Shown here: positions 21,534 through 31,900 of the stretch, in pieces
Numbering within the stretch: position 1 is the stretch's first letter
Layout of the letters: the number at the start of each line of letters is the position of its first letter
From: Guillardia theta CCMP2712
Taxonomy: Eukaryota > Protista > Cryptophyta
Direction of reading: 5' to 3'
DNA length: 64,000 nt
Assembly: GCF_000315625.1 (NCBI RefSeq)
Contig: NW_005434608.1
Location: 395,483-459,482, forward strand
Made by a program: the position numbers and the translations under genes
Notes under the pieces: model-generated
Databases searched by the model: none
The model's input: the letters and a program-made list of their open reading frames with translations, nothing else
What the model was told of the DNA's origin: nothing

Positions 21534-24500
21534 CTATGTGACCTCCTCGTCCGTGATGAAGTGGCTACCACCAGCACATTGGTAGCCTCCATCAACCTTG
21601 ATCCACTCAAAGTCCATCGGGCACCTTCCGAGCGCCTTGATCCTCTCCTGCCTCGCCTCCTCCTCCGCAGTCTTCTGTTGCCCTTGCTGAAGGATGAGAC
21701 GCCTGACCTGCTTCAAGAAAGGAAGCCTGCATCCTTCTAACCCGTACCGCACCTTGTCCTTGTCCTGAAACCCTCCTTGTCTCATCACATGATCCACTAC
21801 ACGATCGTCGATGGATCGACTGAGCATGGCCTCCAGGTCATCGAGGGAGTAGCCCAACTCCTTGCAAGCTTGCTCCAGGAGGGGAGATAGCAGACTGGGA
21901 TCTGCCGAAGAGCTGTCTTGCTTTCTTGTGTTGAGAAGGACTTTCTTGATGTTTCTGTTCCTCACAGGTTTAGCTGCTGCAGGAGGAGTCGCCATGGGAG
22001 CTTCGAGGACATTTCCTTGTGATGTTGAAGATGCTGGGTGAGCAGGCGATCTCAGCCATGAGCTGTGTTGGCTCGGCTCAGCAGGAAATGATTCTTCCAT
22101 TCGAGTCTCCTTGCGCTCGTTCTTGACGTCCTCCTCCATCTCCTTCTCCGTGCCAACCTGACTTCTTCGTTGAAAGATCTCTGAGAACGTTTTCTCGATG
22201 TCCTCACTCGTGTACGATCCATCCACACTTTGACTTGGGGTAGTTGATGCTTCGCGCAGGCGATAAGCACGGTGGCGGTACAGCCCCTGTACAAGCAGTC
22301 AGACGTTCGAGCGTGAGATGGGAGACAATACCGTGAGGACGATCTCCACCACGTCTCGAGCTGAAGCCCATCCTTGTAACTTGGTCAGCCTCTCGTACTT
22401 CTGCAGGAGAAGATCGTGGCATTTCGATGAAATCTCGATCCCAGCCCTCTTCACTTCCTCGATCGTAGCATTCAAAGCTTGACTGGCCGTCCATGCGTCA
22501 AATGTCAACCTGTACTTGTCAAAGCGACTTCGGAAACCAGGGTTCACACTCTTGAACAGCTTATCCATCTCTTCTTCATAACCTGCAAGGATCACCAGCA
22601 GATTTCCCTTGAACTCCTCTTCGGTCATCAACGATATCATCGTCTCTACAGCCTCCATCGCGTACGATGACGTGTAAGTCTCGTTGCTGTGCTTCGAGTT
22701 GCAGAGGCTGTACGCCTCATCCACGAACAAGATTCCTCCTTTGGCCCGGCTCATCGCCTTTCTCACGATCGTCTTGGTCTCTCCCACATACGTCCCTTGC
22801 AGAGATGTGCCGCTGACGACGATGACATCATCAGAGGGGAGCACGTGCAGCTTCTTGAACAGCCTCCCCATCCGTCTCGCTACTGTCGTCTTCCCTGTCC
22901 CCGGTGGTCCAACAAAGACCATGTGGCTGTCAGCCAGCACGTCTGCTGGATCCCGCTCCTCTCTCTCCGCGATCGAGACCATGGCGATGATCTGCTCCAC
23001 CATAGTCTGCACGTTGGAGATGTTGTAGAGGCCGGCAAAGATGGCATCCACCGACTCGTCGTCGTTCTCTATCTCAAAGTCAGCCAATGTGAGGACGTTC
23101 CACTCCATGGCTGATCCAGCAGCCGTTGAGAGCCGTCTGGCCTTGTTGACCTGCAGTGACTCGCGTTACACTGGGTAACGATCTCAAAGCAGGAGCTCGC
23201 CTTGGCCTTGTTCACCAGAGAGGCAACAGTCGCTGCGTTCCTGGTCCCGTGCAGTCAGCGATCAAGGCAGGAAGAGGCGGCTGGGCGAGTGGTACCCGAA
23301 GTTAGGGAGCCTCCTCCGCTGCCAGAGAAAGCGAGAGATGGTAGGGATGTCTTCAATGTCGGCGAACTTGAGGCCCTCGTCCTTGACCTTCATGGTCAGG
23401 ACCTGCTGCATCTCGTACTCGTTGAGGTCCTCAAAAAGAAGCCCGAAGTCATCAAAGTTGAATCTTCGCTTCAGTCCCGCGTTGTTCTCAAACATGTCCT
23501 TCATCTCTTGTTTGTAACCTGCCAACATACTTCATCGATGTAGATAAGCGAACACTTGTCTCACCCGCAAGAATGACTGCAGACCGGCATGTGATGAAGC
23601 GAACGCAGCTGCGAGTCAGCAAATGACAGGAGCGCACCACAACAATTCAACCTGCGATGTCGCTGCCTGCTTCACCATCCAGCTTCTCCACCAGGGTGTC
23701 CAGCACGTTCCCACCATATTGGTTGGCCTTGCGGTTGGGGTCGAGGATGTACGCTTCATCGATGAAGAGCACCTTACCTCGCGCCTCCTCTATCACGTTC
23801 TTGGTGATAGTCGCCGCCGATCCTTCAGCGTTGCCTGTCAGGTCGGAGGGAGTGACTTGGATCAGGTCCCCTACGGAAAGGAGGGAACATTCTTTGAGGA
23901 GCTGACCGTACAGTCGAGCTACTGTTGTCTTCCCGGTCCCTGGGTTCCCATAGAAGATTCGATGCAAGGAGATGCTTTCAGGTTTCCCTCCCAGCAGCTC
24001 GTTCTGGTACGAAATGGCGCACAACTCCACCAGTTTGGTCATCTGCTCCTTGACATTCTTCAGCCCGATCATCTTGTTCAGTTGCGCTAGTGTCTTGTTG
24101 TCTTCTACTGAAGGCTTCGTCCCCAGGGCGTCTTGTGTGGTTATTGTTCGATACTCCTCCACCCTGACCGGTTTGTTCGCCAGCTTCAAACTTCCCAATC
24201 GTTCCATCTGATTGTGTACAATGTTCTCCACGATCTTTTCCACGTCCAGCGCATTTCCGAATCCCACCTTTGGTCGATTGCCAACGAGCCTTCTGGCCAG
24301 GGTTTGAGAGAGGTCGATCTTACACAGATGCTTCGGCTCCAAGTGAAGGCCTCTTTCCCTTAGAAACCGAATGAACAGGCGCTGGAGTTGACGCTCGCTG
24401 AAGTCAGGCAGCTCGATGGTGTGGATGATGGAGGTGAAGGGAATGAGATGCGTCGACAGCCTCTCTCTTACCAGCATGCGGTCCCCGATGATGATGAAGT

Positions 24501-27500
24501 TTGTGTTGACTCGGTGACGACGGATGAAGGCGAAAAAGCTGTCCAAGACTTGATTCGACTCGTTGGGCTGCTGATCTTTGGGCCTCGGGATCAACTGGTC
24601 CACGTCATCAAGGACGAAGCATCCTCCGATCGCCTGCGTCATCAACGTCTCCAGTCTTTGCGCCGGGTCCTTCTCCTTGAGAACGTCGAAGGTGCTCGCC
24701 TCAACAAACTTCGCCTCCTCGGATGCAAGCTGACACATGGAGCGGCCCAACAGCTTCCCAGCTGTAGTCTTCCCGGTCCCTCGGTTGCCGATGAGGAGGA
24801 GGCACTGAGAAGCATGAATGTGGTGCTTGATGGGCGAGTCCTTGTTGAGAAGCGCCTAACGCCAGCAGGTCACTCGTACGACTTGTCGCTGCCTCCGTTA
24901 CCTTCTTGACATGCACCAGGGCATATCGTTTGAGCTCCGACAAGCCTTCTAGACCTATCAGCCTGCGAGGTAGCGTTAGATCCACAGGGAGCAGCGCAAG
25001 CATATTGTGCGCTTACTGGTCCAGCGACTCTGAAGTGAAGCCGTATGCAGTCTTGGCAGCTATCCATTCTTTCTCTTCTTGGGATGTCTTCTTCTCAAAC
25101 AGCCGCAGGTCAGCAGTCAGAGGCTGCTCCTTGAGCTTTCTCAAGTTGTCTTGCTTGACAAGCTCATAGGTATCCGTGTGAACATTCAGGTGATGAAGAA
25201 CCATCAGCGCACAAGCACTCTGAAGCTCTTCAGGCATGGTCAGATCGCTTGTTAGCAAAAAGTGGAGATAGTAGACGTAAAAGAAGTAGGGATCGATCAC
25301 TATAGTCTTGTGCCTGATGACATCTTGGATGTAAATGTCGAGCTGCTTCTCGGCCTCGTCGATGCTGAATCCTCTTTCAATCAGCGAGCAGGCATAATAA
25401 ATTCGAGCATCCATGTTTGTTTTGCACCCATCTCTGCACTTCTCCATGAACGGACGGTTGATGGCGTCTTGTGATGTGAGACGCAAAACATCTTCCCGTA
25501 ATGACAAGATCTCTTCTGACAGCATCGGTTCAGCTCGAGAGAGAATGCTGCAAATAATCTTGGCCCTGTCATGATCTTTCAATCTCATGAAGAAATTTCC
25601 TTGCCGGATGGCATGATGTACATCTCTTTCTCTTCCGCCTGCCAGAAATATTCCATCTTCGAACATAGCTACACTCTGAAAGAAATGGTTTTCAGTCCAG
25701 ATGTTTGCTCCAGCTTTTATGAGAGCATGTAACGACTTTTTCAACCCGGCCAGGCTCAAGTAGTGAGCTATAGTATTCCCAAATCGATCGCGCAGGTTCA
25801 GCATGTCAGCCATTGTCTTGATGACTCTGGTCATTTGACTTCCATCGTATTCTTCTCTCAACTGAGAATCTTCTGCTTCCATCGACTTCTGTATCGAATT
25901 GACTATCGCGTTGTTCTTCCGTTCGCTGCTGATCGCTCCGAAAGTTTGCATTCCTCTGCTCACGAGATGATTCTGCTCGGGCTGACGTTGGACCGACTTG
26001 TTCTCTCCCTGACTCACTGGCAGCACATCGAAGGCAGGAAAGGGAGGAAAGTCAGCAAATCTCGGTCGAGATCGAGTCGGAAGGGAAACAAGGCGAGAAG
26101 CGTCGACTGACTGAGTCGCTCCATTGATCTCCACCTTCCTCTCACTAGCTTCAAGCGTGTGCTCCTCCACCGAAAGTTTTCCCACTGAAAACTCAGAAAA
26201 GCTTTCGCACTGCCCTGTCAAACCCTGAGACAGAACAAGCACATACATGTTCTTCGATTCGGGCAATCTGTCCTGATTGGCATTCTTAGTCTGCACTCGT
26301 CTTGCGAGATCTCTGTCAAGACTGCAACAGCTGATGGCCTTCTTGTATTCATCGCAGGTAATGTAATCATTACACGCCGGCAAGGAATCAAAGATCTGGC
26401 TCACTTGATCCTGGTGGATTCTTTGCTGCAGGCTCTGGAAAAGAACTTCAGAGAGTACTCGTCCTTTGCGCTCTTTGTCAAGTCTGTTAAATTCGTAGTT
26501 GAGATCTGGAACATGAAAGTCAGGGCAGTTCTCTCGTGCCTCATCACACTGCACGCAAGAAGCTTGTTTCAAACTTGACACTCGTGAGCACTGCTTGCAT
26601 CGATAAAAGGTTCGCAAGTTTCCACACATCTTGCAGCCTTTCATTCCCCGATTTCCAGAATATCCGCAGGAATCACACTTCCAAGTAGCGACATGTTTGC
26701 TGATGATCATTTGAGTCATCTTGTCGTAGTCATCGTGTCCCATCAAGATCGGACGAGAGCGAGCAAGCTTGAGTTTCATTCTCTTGCGATGCCACTCGAT
26801 GAAGTACGCAAGCGCTTTTTCATCCGAAACAGTCTTCAACTCCCACAGTCGTGACCATGCTTGAAGCGTGACAAGACGAGTGATTTTCTCGACGTCGATC
26901 TCGCTGCTGACACCAAGTTTTGACAATGCTTCTATGAGCGACTTCTCATCGTCCTCGTCAAATTGAGCAGCATGGGAAGATTTGCACAAAGCGCTGGAGG
27001 GAAGTAAGCAAGGTCGTGAGCTTTTAAAGTCCATCCAGACGACTTGTACATTTCTCTGAATACTTTCGCGCATCACTCCGGCATGTACTACAACCCCAAC
27101 AGCATTCTTGCCTACCTTGACAGTTTCTGGACTTCCCAATTGGACCACATCTCCTCGCCGAAAAACGTTAGCATCTTCAGGTCTGAGATCTTTCCCATCG
27201 AAGAACTCTATCCTAAACGGATCTTCTTCTGCATAGACTGCGACGTTTTTCATTCCTTCTCCATCAACATTGCCCAAGGAACATACGACAACTCCGACTT
27301 TTTGCTGAGTAGCAGTGCCTAAGACTGTAGAGTTCCCCTTATACTGGTGATCTAGTTGTACTCTGGTTCCGCCCTGCAAATAATCACACGGCACCAACAA
27401 TATCGCCAGACCTCTGATTTTGCAGTTGATGCCGCCTGAATCATGCACATGTATTCTTACAACTTTTGCATCGCTGTTCGTAAGCATTGTGAAACTTTTG

Positions 27501-28799
27501 AGATCGTCAGACTTCGAAATCGGCAGCTTCAGTTTTCCCTCAGATCGAAGCTTTGATTGCACTTTCTTGGATGTCAAGACCTCAATTTGCTTCGGGCAAT
27601 AACTATCATCGCTACCTTTAACAAACATTTGAACAGACTTGATGAGGTAGCCTTCGGCAATGTGAGCCTCAACCCAGTGCTCGCCAGAACGACCATCCGA
27701 TTGCCAATATGTGGACTCATCTTGATCAAAGAGCCGGTCAAGTGTTGACGACTTACTTGAACTCTTCATGTCAATGACTCCTGCAGGACCTGAACAAGCA
27801 ACGTGGAAAGTCAGAAAAGCCGGAGCCCGGCATTTGCAGCAATGTTATGTACAAACGTGGAAATGAAAGCATCTGCATTCCCACTTAAAACTCCCATCCT
27901 GCTTGACTCACCACTAAAGCTTGAATCGTCGCTAGCGCTTGATTCTCCGCTAGAGCTTGATTCTCCGCTAGAGCTTGATTCCTCTGAGCCCTTGCTAGAG
28001 CTTGAGTCTGTGCTCGATTTATCTGTGCTCGATTTATCTGTGCTCGATTTATCTGTGCTCGATTTATCTGTGCTCGGGTTGTCTCCAGGCGAGATTGGCA
28101 CATCTTCTGCTGGCATCCATCCAAACCTTGTTCCATCCGCAAAACTCAGATCCGATGCGGAGTAGGTGCAAATAGCGCCACTGAAACCAAATCAAACACG
28201 TCTCACACGCACAAACACGCGCACTTCTTTAACGACGCCACTTTGACCTGATAGTCTTGAGAAGCTCCTTGGACTTCAAGCAAGTGACGGCTGGTCTCTA
28301 GCACTATGCCATATCGATCTTCCTGTGAGAATCCCAGGCAGTGGTGAAAGTCTGCAGCACAGAAGGAAAGCTCAGCATCAACAGGTACTGATGACATGCG
28401 CTTCTTTGAACTCAGAACCACGAGGTCGCCAGCCTGAAAATCATCGAAATTTTCCAGAACCGTGTCTCCGACTGCTTCGTCCTCGACCTTAACATCGGAT
28501 TCTTGCACAGAGCTTCTTGATTGCAAGAATTCAAGAAATGCTTCATCGGTCTGTTTGATAGATTCTTTGTTCAGAAACCACGTGATCTCGTCCTCCACAA
28601 ACGTTAAACTCTGTTCTTCTGGATTACAGCCTTGAAAGCATTTTGCTAATTGCGTGGAGGTTGTCATGAAGCCGGCATTGGATTTCTTGACAAACAAGGT
28701 GGTGAGGTCGAGCTCGACTTCACCCTCGTTGCCGTCAAACTTGAAGTCTGCGATCTCGTCCAGCCGGAGCGACTCATGCCTCGACAGCGACGGCGGCAT
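21534..28799 (-). CDS. Giant multidomain AAA+ ATPase: SH3-like repeats, DOC/APC10, 2x RanBP2-type Zn finger, EF-hand pair, ankyrin, 3x CbbX/SpoVK-type AAA, C-terminal C-x4-W-x6-Y-x-C-x-GG-x-H motif; roughly 2,200 aa
   Basis: ORFs join across short introns (e.g. ESLDQ|LIGLEG at ~25015-24962). DOC: TYWQSDGRSGEHW..SDDSYCPK. ZnF: WKCDSC..CKMC and CKQC..CVQC. Ankyrin: DRFGNTIAHY. Walker A: GNRGTGKTT, GNPGTGKTT, GPPGTGKTT. Walker B: FVLDDV, LFIDEAY, LFVDEAY. Confidence 0.85.
27935..28076 (+). repeat. Coding tandem repeats: 18-bp (CTTGATTCTCCGCTAGAG) and 15-bp (GATTTATCTGTGCTC x4), giving SSSGES and SSTDK linkers on the minus strand
   Basis: Directly visible; unit lengths are multiples of 3, inside an exon of the AAA gene. 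Confidence 0.9.
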
Positions 28800-28913
28800 G
28801 TCGGACCCCAGCAAAGCCGACGAGGTACAAAACGTGTCGAGTTGCGAAAAGAGGTTTTTTCATAGGAACAGAACGTGTCAAGAGGAACAGAACGTGTCAT
28901 AGAGCGACTCGGC
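28800..28913. promoter_or_regulatory. Putative compact bidirectional promoter with a 17-bp direct repeat AGGAACAGAACGTGTCA x2
   Basis: 114 nt between divergent predicted ATGs. Repeats at 28864-28880 and 28883-28899; a third AACGTGTC core at 28831-28838. Confidence 0.6.
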
Positions 28914-31900
28914 ATGGGTTGCGGCGGAAGCGTCCATGCCACCTCCAGCCCGTCAGAGGTTCCGATCGACGTGGCCACGAGTGAGTTTCCGCTGCATGCT
29001 AGGTTCCAAAGAGAGACCGCGTCCATCGCTGCAGCTGACATGAGCACGCTCAAGTCTACCAATCCAGCAATCTACCTGTGCAAGGGGCCTGATCGAAGCC
29101 TCCTGCACAAGCTGGAGATGAAGATGCGGTCGTCAGGGTTTTATGTCCTCGACATAGCAAACGTTCCCAAGGACGTGTTTTTGAGTCACTCGTGGCAGAA
29201 CAAACTTGATGGGACCAGCACTCATGAACAAGTCAAACGAATTAGTATCGAACTAGAGAAGCGAGGATGGTCGACTTTCTTGGATGAGAATGACATGAAG
29301 CCTAATCTGAAATCTTGCATGGCTCAGGCGATAGAGCAGTCATATGTCGTGATCATCTTCTTGACCAAGAGTTACATGGACAAGGTGAACAACGATGACG
29401 TCAACGACAATGTCTGCTTCGAGTATTCAGCGACTATCAGCCAAAAAGGCTCGGGAAGAATGTTTATCCCTGTCATTCTTGAAGAATTCGAAGTGAGAAA
29501 AGGGCTGCAGTTTCCCAAGGACTCGAAGGCATGGTATGGGCCCGTAGGAGCTGAGATCGGGAAGAGGAGGATGTACCTTGATTTCCTGAATTCCACAATG
29601 TTCGAGACCAACATGAATCGACTTGATCAAGCTCTGAAGGAGCTTGTTCCCATCAAGCACTCTCCAGCTGCCAAGATGTATAACACGATATCATCAGGAA
29701 TCATGAGAAGCGATGTGGTCGTGATCTTTGTTGGCAAAGGGACCCTGCAATGTAGCACTGTGTCTGAGGAGTACATGGTGGCAGTCAGCATCCAGAGACC
29801 AGTGTTGCTGGTGATGTATGACAGAGATGTTTCGGTAGAAGAATGTACCCGCATGTTTCCTTCCAATCATGTTCTGAATCTGTCGGATAGCTCTTTGCAA
29901 GTGGGGGATCAGGGCTGGTCGGAAGCAGTTTATGCGAAAATTCTGCAGATCTATGAGCAAACGAATGAAATTGACACGAATGCCACGTCAGCCGGGAGGT
30001 CTCAAGACCAATCAGAGCCAACAAGTAAACGAGATGTCGATGCAACAAGGTCTTTTTCAGTGGAAGAAGTTGTGGGATGTATTGGGGGCCGAATAGTTGC
30101 GTCAAGAATCGAGTTCAATGATTCTCATGTCATAGCACAAGGTGCGTGTGGTAGAGTTTATCGTGGAACACTGCAATCTATAGGCAATGTAGCTGTAAAA
30201 GTTCTCTCACCCATTAATGGCAAACCACCTAGCAAAGAGCAATATGATCAGCTTGTTAGAGAAGCAAAGATTCTCAGGGTAGTGCGATCGCCTTTTTTTG
30301 TTCAAATGCTCGGAGCCTGCAACATAGACGACGATAATGCTGACTCGACAGCAATTTTGGATTTCCGTTCAATCGTTTTCACCTTGTACGAGAACGGAAC
30401 ACTTCATCAGCATCTCTTCGATGCAAACTATAGCAAACTCCCTTGGAAGCTTCGACTGCAGATCTTGTGGCAAGGTCTTGCTACACTTGAGAGCTTTTGA
30501 AGCGACTGACTTGTATACAGCTGCCCGTGGACTGGTAGAGTTGCATAATCTTGGGGTTTATCATCTAGATTTCAAGCCGGCGAATATCCTTCTTGATGAG
30601 AAGATGAACGCAAAGATTGGTGACTTCGGGCTCTCCAAGGTGATTCACAACCAGGCTGATACCATGGACTCCCGACTGCTGCTTGCCATGTCAAGAACCC
30701 GCCATAGTGCAGCAGGCACAGGTCAAATCTTGCTTTGAAAAGCATTTTGCATACGTTGATGACTGGTGGATGTTGCAGACGGATACATGTGTCCCATTTA
30801 CGTACAAACCAAGAGGATTTCACAGTACATCGATATCTACAGCTTCGGAGTGAGTTTGATGCAAATCGTCCGCAAGGAGCATGCCGTCACTGGCGATCAA
30901 AAGCTGCTCACAGAGAAAGTTGCAGATGACGTTCGCACGAATGATTTGAGCCAGTGGAGGTATGATCGGGAAGCAGACTGGGACGCCGGAACAGCGAGTG
31001 ATATCACGTTGTTTGCGTTGCAATGTACAGACCTGAAGGAGAGCGAAAGACCTTCAGTCGAACAAATCCACATTCAACTTTCGTCCGCCCTCGGAGTGCA
31101 TCAGCGCATCGATGACACACCATACCTGTTCATCCGAGTGAAGTTTGAAGGGCATCGGGAGCTAAAGAAAGTGTGTGTTAGCATCAACGCGGACCTTGAC
31201 AGCGTGAGGGAGAAGCTGAGAAGTCAATTCAGACTCAACTGGAGGTCGTGTGAAAGTATCACGTTGAAAGGAAGGCGCTTGTCGGAACTGTTCATAATCA
31301 GGGACATGATGTCTCCGGGGTTCGACCCGAGCTTTGACGTCAAGACGGACACTCTTTATTTCCAGTCAAGCGTGCGGGCTGAACCAGAGCAAGTGGAGGA
31401 GAACAAGTCGAAGCAAGCAACGTCCATGAGCTCCAACAAGTCCATCAAGGCAAAGCATCGTCCCATCCTAAGTGCATTGGCGATCGCTGCTGCTCCAGGT
31501 TCACCCCAGGAAATCAAAGAAACCATTGCGCCTTCTCTAGATATTCTATCGAGTGAAGGAATCAACCTTAAAGATGTTTACGAGAAGATCTCACAAGGTA
31601 GCAGAGATGCTGAGAAATTGGCCCAAGGCTTATCAAAGAAAGAAAAATTGTACGTCATGCATATTTTGGAGCTGCTGAAAAACAAAAATGCAAGAAAGAT
31701 AGCAAAGCTTGCAGCTCGAGACATGCGCTCAGCTTTGTCTCAATCGGATTCATCGTCGGGTTCACCGTCAAGCTCATCGTCAGAATCTGAATCAGAAAAG
31801 AAGGATAGTGGACAGGAGAAAACGAAGAAGAAAAAGAAGTATCAGATAGTCTATGAACGTTTCAAATCCTTCTGGGAGCGACTTGCCAAGATCGCGGCCC

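Noticed and set aside
21534-24960. Rubisco activase CbbX gene
   Set aside because: Three tandem AAA modules inside a ~2,200-aa protein with no plastid targeting; only the AAA family resemblance is shared.
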